From contig DATJJM010000362.1 in NCBI GenBank assembly GCA_035492535.1, forward strand, positions 12,241-76,240: a DNA stretch of 64,000 bases, given 5' to 3'. Shown here piece after piece: positions 30,103 to 38,446 of this stretch. Numbering within the stretch: position 1 is the stretch's first letter; each line of letters begins with the position of its first letter. This DNA comes from Acetobacteraceae bacterium. Its GTDB lineage: Bacteria; Pseudomonadota; Alphaproteobacteria; Acetobacterales; Acetobacteraceae. The notes below the pieces were generated by a model. It made no database searches and was not told the origin of the DNA. It was given only the letters and a program-made list of their open reading frames with translations. The position numbers and the translations under genes are program-made.

Positions 30103-31461
30103 TCACGCGGCGTGACAGCCGATCTCAATACGGCAACCTGGTCCATCCAGAATCGTCAGGCTGAAGCCGTGCAGCTTCACGATGGCTGCGACAAGGCTGA
30201 GGCCCAGTCCCACACCAACAGCATGCCGACTTTTGTCTGATCGATAGAACCGCGTAAACACGGCCTCACGTTCCGTGTCCGTGATGCCGGGGCCGGTATC
30301 CTCGACGCGCACGGCGGGACCAGCAGGTCGTTGCAACAGCCGGAGCGAAACTGAACCGCTCGCCGGCGTGAACTTCACCGCATTGTCCACCAGATTCGCG
30401 ACTGCCTCCAGCAACAGGTCATGATCGCCGGCCACAGACTGTGCGTCGTGTACGTCCAGCAAGAGAGAAACGCCTTTGTCCTCGGCGATCGGCTGATAGA
30501 GCTCGTGTACGGCCTGAAGGACCTCGGCAAGCCGGACGGTCGCCATGCCGGCAATGCGTCGGCCGTGGTCGATTTCAGCAATCCGCAAGAGCGCAGTGAT
30601 GATCGACAGTGACTGGTCCAGTCCTGCGATCGCTCGTTCTGTTGCCGCTGACAGCTCGGGCAATGTCCTCGCGCTGTCGCGTCCCCGTTCCAGAAGTGCG
30701 CGCACTCGGGTCAGGGGGGTGCGAAGATCATGTGCGATGTCATCCCCGACGCTCGCCAGCTCGGTGACCAGCCGCTCAATCTGGTCCAGCATCGCGTTGA
30801 CGATCTTCGCCAACCGGTTAAGCGGATCGTCGTAGAGTCTGACCGGCAGCCGTTCGTTCAATGCGCCGGCCATGACACGCTGCACCTGGCGGTTCATCGC
30901 ATCGATCCGGCGCTGCGCACGCCGTGTCAGCCACGCGCCTGTGATCAGAGCAAGGCACACGGCTGGCAGCAGCCCCATCATCAACGCGCGCGCCACCAGA
31001 GGCGCCACCTGTCGCAGATCGCCGGTATCGTGTCCGACCAGAAGTATGTCGCCCGATGCCAGGCGGCGGGCGACAACGCGAGCAGCCTGTGCCTCGCGAC
31101 CGCGCGTGTCCACGCGCACCACCTCCACGGCTCGTGGTGACTCGTCCAGTGGTAAGCCCGGTGGCAGAGATGCAACGTTGCCGGCAATTGGCGCGCCGTC
31201 CGGTGCGAACAGTTCCGCCAGTTTCACGCGGCGAGGATCGTCCGCCAGATGGGTGGCAACGAAATGCAGCGCCTGTGTCCGCGGCAGGTTCGCATCAAAG
31301 TGTGAGTTGGCACGAACGATCGTATCGACATTGCCGGTGATATACATCGCCGTTTGCCAGTAGACGAAGCCGAACAGTAGCACTGTGCAGACACCGAACG
31401 CTCCGGCAACGGCGAGCGCCCAGCGGACCGTCGTCGAATAGAAAACGTCAGCCAGGCGCAC
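30103..31461 (-). CDS. Sensor histidine kinase (two TM segments, HAMP, HisKA, HATPase_c)
   Basis: 452 aa. H-box IAHDLRTPLTRV, N-box LVDNAVKFT, G-box EDTGPGI ... GVGLGLSLV. 14-nt overlap with the upstream response regulator gene. Confidence 0.85.
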   Translation of the reverse strand: MRLADVFYSTTVRWALAVAGAFGVCTVLLFGFVYWQTAMYITGNVDTIVRANSHFDANLPRTQALHFVATHLADDPRRVKLAELFAPDGAPIAGNVASLPPGLPLDESPRAVEVVRVDTRGREAQAARVVARRLASGDILLVGHDTGDLRQVAPLVARALMMGLLPAVCLALITGAWLTRRAQRRIDAMNRQVQRVMAGALNERLPVRLYDDPLNRLAKIVNAMLDQIERLVTELASVGDDIAHDLRTPLTRVRALLERGRDSARTLPELSAATERAIAGLDQSLSIITALLRIAEIDHGRRIAGMATVRLAEVLQAVHELYQPIAEDKGVSLLLDVHDAQSVAGDHDLLLEAVANLVDNAVKFTPASGSVSLRLLQRPAGPAVRVEDTGPGITDTEREAVFTRFYRSDKSRHAVGVGLGLSLVAAIVKLHGFSLTILDGPGCRIEIGCHAA

Positions 31462-32140
31462 GAAGCATGAATCCAGCGCCGCGCACGCTCAGGATCATCG
31501 GCGGCTCATCGGGCCCATCGACCTTGCGGCGCAACCGGCCGATATGCACATCCACGAGGTTCGTCTGTGGCACGAACCGATAGTTCCATACGTTCTCCAA
31601 AAGCATGGCGCGGGTCAGCACCTGACCTTCGCGACGCATCATGTATTCCAGCAACAGGAATTCGCGAGGCAGCAGGTCGAGAACGCGCCGGCCACGATGC
31701 GCCGCTCGCGCCAGGAGATCGAGTTCCAGAGGCCCCACGTGCAGCACGGTCTCACGCGGATCCGCCGGCCGGCGCAACAATGCCTCCAGCCTCGCAGCCA
31801 GTTCCGACAGGGCGAACGGCTTGGCGAGATAATCGTCGCCACCTGCACGCAGCCCGCGGACACGATCATTCACCGCATTGAGGGCGCTCAGCACAAGGAC
31901 CGGTGTCCTGATGCCTTCGTGTCGCAGGGTCTCGACGACGGTTAGCCCATCGAGTCCTGGCAGCATCCGATCCACCACCAGCACATCCCAGCCACCGGCG
32001 CGCGCCCTTTCCAGACCTTCGATTCCGTCCGCGGCGCGATCGAGGGCGTAACCTCGGTTGTCGAGCGCCGTTACGATTTCCTCGGCGGTACCATCATCAT
32101 CTTCTATGACAAGCACGTTGGCCATGGCGACCATCTCCAT
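31448..32140 (-). CDS. OmpR-family response regulator
   Basis: 230 aa. REC (VLVIEDDDGTAEEI ... DVLVVDRMLPGLDG ... LAKPF) plus a winged-helix output (LTRAMLLENVW ... VDVHIGRLRRKVD). The start may be the Met at 32125. Confidence 0.9.
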   Translation of the reverse strand: MEMVAMANVLVIEDDDGTAEEIVTALDNRGYALDRAADGIEGLERARAGGWDVLVVDRMLPGLDGLTVVETLRHEGIRTPVLVLSALNAVNDRVRGLRAGGDDYLAKPFALSELAARLEALLRRPADPRETVLHVGPLELDLLARAAHRGRRVLDLLPREFLLLEYMMRREGQVLTRAMLLENVWNYRFVPQTNLVDVHIGRLRRKVDGPDEPPMILSVRGAGFMLRAPG

Positions 32141-32149
32141 GTGGGTCGT

Positions 32150-32926
32150 TCATGCCGGGGGACCAACCTCGCCGAACGGCGGCACATTGTATCGTACTGC
32201 AATCAGGCACAGCCCATCAGGGGGGGCCGTGGGTCCGCCGGCGGAACGATCACGCGCCGTGAGCGCGGCAGCAACACGTTCGGCTGACCAGCTTCCATCA
32301 CCAACCAGTTTCAGGGTACCGACCATGTTCCGCACTTGGTGGTGCAGGAAGCTGCGCGCTTCGGCTCTGATCTCCACGAACGCACCGTCGCGCCGCACAT
32401 CCAGTCGATCCAGCGTGCGCAAGGGACTTTTCGCCTGGCACGCGGCTGCACGGAACGAAGAGAAGTCGTGCCTGCCAAGCAACGTCTTCGCTGCCTCATG
32501 CATCGCGGTGGCGTCGAGCGGCGCAGGCACGTGCCAGACACGGCCGGCAAGCAGGGCAGGGCGGGCACGGCGGTTCAGGATGCGATAGCGGTAGGCCCTG
32601 CCGATCGCCGAGAAGCGAGCACTCCACCCCTCTGGCACAGCGGACGCTTCCAGAACTACCACGGGATGAGGCTTCATGTGAAAATTCAGCGCGTCGCGCA
32701 GCTTGTACGCCGTGAAACCGTCAGGCAGTTCGATGTGGGCGACCTGACCTGAAGCGTGCACTCCTGCGTCAGTGCGCCCTGCGACTGTGCTGGCGACCGG
32801 TGCACCATGGTTGAGATTCGCCGCGGCCGTCTCCAGCACCTCCTGCACCGATAATCCTGTCGCCTGTCGCTGCCATCCAACGAACGGGTTGCCGTCGTAC
32901 TCCAGCAGGAGGCCCCAGCGCGTCAT
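32150..32926 (-). CDS. truA: tRNA pseudouridine(38-40) synthase
   Basis: LLLEYDGNPFVGWQRQ and the catalytic-Asp motif VAGRTDAGVHASGQVAH. Start chosen at ATG 32926 (track start 32956). Confidence 0.9.
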   Translation of the reverse strand: MTRWGLLLEYDGNPFVGWQRQATGLSVQEVLETAAANLNHGAPVASTVAGRTDAGVHASGQVAHIELPDGFTAYKLRDALNFHMKPHPVVVLEASAVPEGWSARFSAIGRAYRYRILNRRARPALLAGRVWHVPAPLDATAMHEAAKTLLGRHDFSSFRAAACQAKSPLRTLDRLDVRRDGAFVEIRAEARSFLHHQVRNMVGTLKLVGDGSWSAERVAAALTARDRSAGGPTAPPDGLCLIAVRYNVPPFGEVGPPA

Positions 32927-33023
32927 GCGACCACACTTAATGCCCCTGCCGGCCATCGCGCCAGCGCATCAAGATCCGGTGTCTCCACCAGAGCATAGCT
33001 CCAGCGTTCGGCTCCTCGCCGGG

Positions 33024-33932
33024 CTAGGACGCCAGTATCGTTCCAGCGGCCACGGGATGTCCGCGCAGGAAGGTCGCCGCATCCATTGCTGGACGTCCCG
33101 CCAGCTGGACACGGGTCAACCGAAGCCCAGCAGTCCCGCATCCAATTGCCAGATGGTCGTCAAGGGCCGTGCCCGGCGGCCCGCTCACATCGAGCAGTTC
33201 CGCCCGGAGGACCTTGAGCATCTGTCCTCGTAGGGTCGTGAACGTCCCTGGCCATGGATCAAACGCGCGGACCTGCCGTTCGAGGGAGCCAGCGTCCAGG
33301 GTCCAATCGATCCGGCCGGCCTCACGGGTCAGCTTCGGGGCGTACACGGCGCCATCGTTCGGCTGTGACACCGGATGGGGAGCCTCCGCCAATGCCCGGA
33401 GTATCAGCCGGGCGCCCAGCCTGGACAACGTGTCGTGCAACATCGCGGCTGTGGTGTGCGGCCCGATTGGGACTGCCTCACGCAGGAGCATCGGCCCGGT
33501 ATCCAGCCCCGCGTCCATCTGCATGATTGTCACGCCGGTCTCGGCATCGCCGGCCAGAACGGCCGCCTGGATTGGCGCTGCCCCGCGCCAGCGAGGCAGG
33601 AGGCTGGCATGGATGTTCAGGCAGCCGCGCGCTGGCGCCGTCAGCATGGCAGGCGGCAGGATCAGCCCGTAGGCCGCTACCACGGCCGCATCCAGGCCCA
33701 GGGCCGCGAAGCCTGCTTGTTCGGCCGGATCGGTCCGCAGGCGGCGCGGCGTCCGGACGGTCAGACCCAGGGACTCGCCCGCCACCTGAACGGCACAGGG
33801 CCGCAGATTGTAGCCTCGACCGGCTGGCTTCGGCGGCTGGCAGTACACGGCAACGATCTCGTGCCCTGCGCGGTGCAGTGCCTGTAGCGCCGGGACGGCG
33901 AAATCCGGACTGCCCATGAATGCCAGGCGCAT
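33024..33932 (-). CDS. fmt: Methionyl-tRNA formyltransferase
   Basis: MRLAFMGSPDFAVPAL and NIHASLLPRWRGAAPIQ. Start at ATG 33932 avoids overlap with def. Confidence 0.9.
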   Translation of the reverse strand: MRLAFMGSPDFAVPALQALHRAGHEIVAVYCQPPKPAGRGYNLRPCAVQVAGESLGLTVRTPRRLRTDPAEQAGFAALGLDAAVVAAYGLILPPAMLTAPARGCLNIHASLLPRWRGAAPIQAAVLAGDAETGVTIMQMDAGLDTGPMLLREAVPIGPHTTAAMLHDTLSRLGARLILRALAEAPHPVSQPNDGAVYAPKLTREAGRIDWTLDAGSLERQVRAFDPWPGTFTTLRGQMLKVLRAELLDVSGPPGTALDDHLAIGCGTAGLRLTRVQLAGRPAMDAATFLRGHPVAAGTILAS

Positions 33933-33936
33933 CGCT

Positions 33937-34482
33937 CTACATGGCCTCGGCGCGCTTCTGGCGGAGTTCCTTGGCAAGCCGGCGAAGGATCATGTTGCGC
34001 TTGAGCGCGGACAGATGGTCGACGAACAGCACGCCATCAAGGTGGTCGATCTCGTGTTGCAGACAGGCGGAAAGCAGCCCCTCGGCCTCGATCTGCCGCC
34101 GCACGCCCTCCAGGTCCAGGTGTCGCACCGTCACCCGTGCCGGTCGCGTCACCTCGGCATACTGGCCAGGCAATGACAGGCAACCCTCCTCGCGCGTCGC
34201 GAGTTCATCGCTGCGCGCGATCACCTCGGGGTTGATCAGTGCTATCGGCTTCGACACGTTGTCCGCCATCAGGTCGACCACAGCGCAGCGCAGCCCAACA
34301 CCGACTTGCGGCGCGGCCAGGCCGATCCCTGGCGCCCTGTACATTGTGGCGAACATTCGGGGAATCAGGGCCTGCACCCGCCCCATATCCTCTGGCTTGA
34401 CCGGCCTGGCGCGCGCCTTCAGGACCGGATCGGGCACCACCAGGATCGGCAGCGTCTCTACCGTTTCGTTCATGCCACGCAT
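33937..34482 (-). CDS. def: Peptide deformylase
   Basis: The three PDF motifs are present: GIGLAAPQVG, EGCLSLPG and QHEIDHLDG. Confidence 0.92.
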   Translation of the reverse strand: MRGMNETVETLPILVVPDPVLKARARPVKPEDMGRVQALIPRMFATMYRAPGIGLAAPQVGVGLRCAVVDLMADNVSKPIALINPEVIARSDELATREEGCLSLPGQYAEVTRPARVTVRHLDLEGVRRQIEAEGLLSACLQHEIDHLDGVLFVDHLSALKRNMILRRLAKELRQKRAEAM

Positions 34483-34514
34483 GTAGCGGCGGCCCCACAG
34501 GCGATCAACGGCTG

Positions 34515-34548
34515 CCCCCTTGTAAGTCGCATCGATCCTGCCAAGATT
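34515..34548 (+). promoter_or_regulatory. Candidate sigma-32 (RpoH)-type heat-shock promoter of hsp20
   Basis: CCCCCTTGTAA (34515-34525) resembles the -35 CCCTTGAA. CCAAGATT (34541-34548) is a weak match to the -10 CCCCATNT. Lies about 60 nt upstream of the hsp20 ATG. Pattern match only. Confidence 0.3.
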
Positions 34549-34606
34549 CCCTCGCGTCGGAATGCCGTTGCGGGTTCCGGCATTGCTTCGCTCTCAGGAG
34601 GGGGCC

Positions 34607-35071
34607 ATGACGACGAGGATGTTCACCTCACCGTTGTTCCTGGGCTTCGACCATCTCGAGCAAATGCTCGAGCGGGCATCGAAGAACTCGTCGGACGGCT
34701 ACCCCCCTTACAACATCGAGCAGACAGGTCCGGCAGGGTTGCGGATCACGCTCGCTGTTGCAGGGTTTACCATGGAGGACCTGCAAATAACGCAGGAAGA
34801 CAACCAGTTGGTAATCCGGGGCAGGCAGAATGACGACAGCCAAGGACGTGTCTTCCTGCATCGCGGGATCGCGGCACGGCAGTTTCAGCGGGCATTCGTG
34901 CTCGCCGAAGGGATCGAGGTGAAGGGTGCATGGCTCGATAACGGGTTGCTGCACATTGACCTGATCCGGCCGCAGCCAGAGTCACGCGTGAAGACCATCC
35001 AGATCAACCGCGCCGCATCCAATGGCGGGGGCGGCCGGGTCAAGATGGTGGAAGGCGATTCGGAAGGCTGA
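34607..35071 (+). CDS. Hsp20/IbpA-family small heat shock protein
   Basis: Start at ATG 34607, preceded by AGGAGGGGG. Alpha-crystallin domain YPPYNIEQTGPAGLRITLAVAGF ... LVIRGRQ ... FLHRGIAARQFQRAF. Confidence 0.9.
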   Translation: MTTRMFTSPLFLGFDHLEQMLERASKNSSDGYPPYNIEQTGPAGLRITLAVAGFTMEDLQITQEDNQLVIRGRQNDDSQGRVFLHRGIAARQFQRAFVLAEGIEVKGAWLDNGLLHIDLIRPQPESRVKTIQINRAASNGGGGRVKMVEGDSEG

Positions 35072-35160
35072 GTTGCTGACGGCGCCGCAGAAGGCGGGCC
35101 GAACCGGAAAAAGGTACCGGGGCTGCAGACGGCAGGCCGGTGCCCGGAAGGAGCAAGGCA

Positions 35161-35418
35161 ATGGACACGAACAGCATTCAATCAGCCGAGGGCCAGGCGG
35201 CCGTGGCAGCGATAGGCGATATTCGGCACATTTCGACCGAGCAGTTGGCGCAGCTTGGCCTACAGCAGATTGCCTATGTGAAGCCGGTGATGGTGAATGG
35301 GACCGCGGCTTTCGCGATCCACGCCGCTGATGGTACGCCGATGGCGATTGCGGACGACCGCGACGTTGCGATCGCCGCGATCCAGCAGCACGAAATGGTC
35401 GCGACGCAGGTTCACTAG
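35161..35418 (+). CDS. DUF1150 family protein (usual partner of alphaproteobacterial hsp20)
   Basis: 85 aa from ATG 35161 (GGAG upstream). IRHISTEQLAQLGLQQIAYVKPV ... FAIHAADGTPMAIADDRDVAIAAIQQHEM matches my recollection of DUF1150. Confidence 0.7.
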   Translation: MDTNSIQSAEGQAAVAAIGDIRHISTEQLAQLGLQQIAYVKPVMVNGTAAFAIHAADGTPMAIADDRDVAIAAIQQHEMVATQVH

Positions 35419-35431
35419 GGGATCGTGCATG

Positions 35432-35473
35432 TCCCCTCTCCGTCGTGAGGCGGGGAGGGGTAGGGTGAGGGTC
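35432..35473. repeat. REP-like palindromic element, copy 1 (hairpin plus GGGTGAGGG tail); probable bidirectional terminator
   Basis: TCCCCTCTCCGTCGTGAGGCGGGGAGGGGTAGGGTGAGGGTC lies between convergent DUF1150 and hpf. The stem CCCCTCTCCG / CGGGGAGGGG has one mismatch. A near-identical architecture occurs at 49313-49355. Confidence 0.5.
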
Positions 35474-36054
35474 TACTCGCCCGGGTCGATCCAGCCAATA
35501 TTCCCGTCGCTCCGGCGATACACCACGTTCAACTCACCGGTCGTACTGTTGCGGAACATCAGTACCGGTTGATCGGCAAGATCCATCCGCATTACCGCTT
35601 CGCTTACCGACAACATGCTGATTTCGGTGACCTGCTCAGCGATCACTGTCGCGTGCGTCGCAGACTTGCCTTCGCCGTCCTCTTCGGATGACGTATCCTC
35701 CTGTCGCAGGATATACTGCCGCGCTGCCTCGGGCCGGTCGCGGTTGGCGCTATCGCGCGCATGCTCATTCACCCGCCGGCGATAGCGGCGCAACCGCTTG
35801 GCGATGTGCTCGGCTGCATCGTCGAATGCCGTGTTGGCGTCGGCCGCCTCGCCTTCGCCACGGAGCCGCAGCCCGCGTCCCGCATGCACGTTGATATCGC
35901 AGGTGAAGAAGCTGCGTGCCCGGCTGAACGTGACCTGCGCCTCCATCGCGTGGTCAAAATACTTGCTGGCGATAACGTCGAGATGATCGGAGACGCGCGT
36001 CCGCAGCGCGTCGGACAAATCAACCTGCTTACCGGACACCGTGATCTGCATCAT
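35473..36054 (-). CDS. hpf: Ribosome hibernation promoting factor (long HPF)
   Basis: 193 aa. MMQITVSGKQVDLSDALRTRVSDHL N-terminal S30AE domain and a C-terminal dimerisation domain (VLMFRNSTTGELNVVYRRSDGNIGWIDP). Directly downstream of rpoN. Confidence 0.9.
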   Translation of the reverse strand: MMQITVSGKQVDLSDALRTRVSDHLDVIASKYFDHAMEAQVTFSRARSFFTCDINVHAGRGLRLRGEGEAADANTAFDDAAEHIAKRLRRYRRRVNEHARDSANRDRPEAARQYILRQEDTSSEEDGEGKSATHATVIAEQVTEISMLSVSEAVMRMDLADQPVLMFRNSTTGELNVVYRRSDGNIGWIDPGE

Positions 36055-36087
36055 GCCTCTCCCCGCTGTGGACCGCGGGAGGCGCCC

Positions 36088-37587
36088 TTATACCAGCGCT
36101 GCCTTCTCCCGCCGACGCTGCACTGAGTTGGGGATGCGCAGCGCCTCTCGATATTTGGCCACGGTTCGCCGAGCGATGTCCACGCCCTCGTCCCGCAGTG
36201 CGACAACAAGCGCATCGTCAGATAAGACACTCTCCGCCGTCTCCGCGCCAATCATGGTGCGAATGCGATAACGCACAGCTTCCGCGCTGTGGCTCTCGCC
36301 ATCCGTTCCTGGGATCGCCGTGGTGAAGAAATACTTAAGCTCGAACGTGCCACGTGGCGTGGCGATGTACTTATTGGCAGTCACTCGGCTGACGGTGCTC
36401 TCGTGCATCTCCACCGTCTCGGCGATATCGCGCAGGATCAGCGGACGCAGATGAGCCACGCCGTGCCGCATGAAACCATCCTGCTGGCGGATGATCTCTG
36501 CCGCCACCTTCAGGATGGTCTGCGCTCTTTGCTGCAAAGAACGCACTAGCCAGTTGGCGCTGGCAAGCTGTTCGGCGAGGAACGGGCGATCCTCTTTGCG
36601 TGCCCGTGGCGCAACGCGCGCATAAAACCGCTCGTTCACCAGCAGGCGCGGCATCGTGTCTGGATTGAGCTCGATCAGCCACGTCTCGCCCGGACCGGGC
36701 CGCATCAGAATGTCCGGCACCACGAGTTGCGGCGGGGCCGAGTCGTAGCTCGCCGCCGGTTTCGGATCGAGCGCGCGGATTTCGGCAATCATGTCCGTCA
36801 GATCGTCCGCATCGACGCCACAAATCAACGACAACCGCCGCAGTTCGCGGCGCGCCAGCAGATCGAGATTATCGAGCAGCGCCTGCATCGCCGGATCCAG
36901 TCGGTTCTTCTCGGCAAGCTGAGCTGCCAGGCACTCCTTCAGGTCCCGCGCGAACAGCCCCACGGGATCGAACCGCATCATGCGGACGCGTACCGACTCG
37001 ACACGTTCCAACGGCAGCACCATCGCCGCTGCGATCGCCGATGGTTCGGCTGTCAAACGCCCTGCTGGACACAGCAGTGCGATCAGATGTGCGCCGATGA
37101 TCCGATCCACAGGATCGGCGAATGACAGCCGCAGCTGTTCGCCAAGATATTCGCGCAGCGGACGCCGTTCATCCGCCATATCCTCGATGCCACGATCGTC
37201 ACTCTCGAAATCGCTCGCGCCGCCGCGCCCGGTGATTGCCGTATGCATCGGCGCGCCATCGGCGACGCCGCCAGCATCGAACGTGTCGCTCATGTCCGCG
37301 TCGAGCGGCGCCGCTGTCTCGCTCGGCAGCGTCTCGGCATCCGCGAGCCGCGCCGTATCGGCCACTTCACTGACGCGCTCCGGCCCCTGATCAGGCGCGG
37401 CCCGCTCGGTGTTGGGCACTTCAGCCGTTTCATCCCGCTCGAGCAGCGGATTCCGCTCAAGCTCTTCCTCGACGAAGGTCGCAACTTCAAGGTTCGAGTA
37501 TTGCAGCAGCTTGATCGCCTGACGCAGTTGCGGCGTCATGACGAGAGTCTGGGTCTGGCGAAGATCGAGACGCGGGCCTAACGCCAT
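36088..37587 (-). CDS. rpoN: RNA polymerase sigma-54 factor
   Basis: 499 aa. Region I LDLRQTQTLVMTPQLRQAIKLLQ and the C-terminal RpoN box ARRTVAKYREALRIP. Confidence 0.95.
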   Translation of the reverse strand: MALGPRLDLRQTQTLVMTPQLRQAIKLLQYSNLEVATFVEEELERNPLLERDETAEVPNTERAAPDQGPERVSEVADTARLADAETLPSETAAPLDADMSDTFDAGGVADGAPMHTAITGRGGASDFESDDRGIEDMADERRPLREYLGEQLRLSFADPVDRIIGAHLIALLCPAGRLTAEPSAIAAAMVLPLERVESVRVRMMRFDPVGLFARDLKECLAAQLAEKNRLDPAMQALLDNLDLLARRELRRLSLICGVDADDLTDMIAEIRALDPKPAASYDSAPPQLVVPDILMRPGPGETWLIELNPDTMPRLLVNERFYARVAPRARKEDRPFLAEQLASANWLVRSLQQRAQTILKVAAEIIRQQDGFMRHGVAHLRPLILRDIAETVEMHESTVSRVTANKYIATPRGTFELKYFFTTAIPGTDGESHSAEAVRYRIRTMIGAETAESVLSDDALVVALRDEGVDIARRTVAKYREALRIPNSVQRRREKAALV

Positions 37588-37666
37588 GTCACCGCGCTCT
37601 GCTCAGGTCAGTCATGCAAAGCGACATTCTACGGCGTCGTCGCAAACAAATCGTTCACACGTGCCA

Positions 37667-38446
37667 TCAAAGGCTGAACCTCTCGCCGAGATAGACGCGG
37701 CGAACATCTTCGTGTGCTACCACCTCGTCAGGACGTCCCTCCATCAGCACCTGGCCATCATGCAGGATGTAGGCGCGATCGATGATGCCGAGCGTCTCGC
37801 GCACATTGTGGTCGGTGATCAGCACGCCGATGCCACGGTCCTTCAGATGCGACACAAGGTCACGGATTTCGTTGACCGCGATCGGATCGATACCAGCGAG
37901 CGGCTCATCCAGCAGGATGTAGGCGGGCTGCGTGGCCAGCGCACGCGCGATCTCAACACGCCGGCGCTCGCCGCCTGACAGTGCCAGCGCCGGCGTTCGG
38001 CGAAGATGGCCAATGCCGAATTCCGCGAGCAACTCATCAAGCATCAGGTCCCGCCTGTCGGGATCAGGCTCGACGACTTCCAGTACCGCCATCACATTCT
38101 GCTCGACATTCAGGCCGCGGAACACGCTGGCCTCCTGCGGCAGGTAGCCGATGCCGAGACGCGCGCGGCGATACATCGGCAGGCTGGTGATATCGGCACC
38201 ATCGAGACTAATGGAACCCGTGTCTGGCTTCACCAGCCCGATCATCATGTAGAAGGTCGTCGTCTTGCCGGCGCCATTCGGACCTAACAGTCCGACTGCC
38301 TCGCCACGGCGCAGATGGATCGATACGTTCCGTACGACCGGCCGCTTCTTGTAGGTCTTTCCGACGCCGCGCGCCGCCAGGCCACCATCGCCGGGAACCA
38401 CCCGAAGGTCCGAGATCAAACGCGAGTCCGGACGCATGTCGTTCAT
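37667..38446 (-). CDS. lptB: LPS export ABC transporter ATP-binding protein
   Basis: 259 aa. Walker A GLLGPNGAGKTTT, signature LSGGERRRVEIARAL, Walker B ILLDEP. Context lptC-lptA-lptB-rpoN. Confidence 0.95.
   Translation of the reverse strand: MNDMRPDSRLISDLRVVPGDGGLAARGVGKTYKKRPVVRNVSIHLRRGEAVGLLGPNGAGKTTTFYMMIGLVKPDTGSISLDGADITSLPMYRRARLGIGYLPQEASVFRGLNVEQNVMAVLEVVEPDPDRRDLMLDELLAEFGIGHLRRTPALALSGGERRRVEIARALATQPAYILLDEPLAGIDPIAVNEIRDLVSHLKDRGIGVLITDHNVRETLGIIDRAYILHDGQVLMEGRPDEVVAHEDVRRVYLGERFSL

Noticed and set aside
34514-34606. ROSE-type RNA thermometer in which GCCCCCT (34514-34520) pairs with the SD AGGGGGC
   Set aside because: The putative anti-SD lies within the predicted -35 element and so would probably not be transcribed. 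I could not match the conserved ROSE hairpin consensus by eye.
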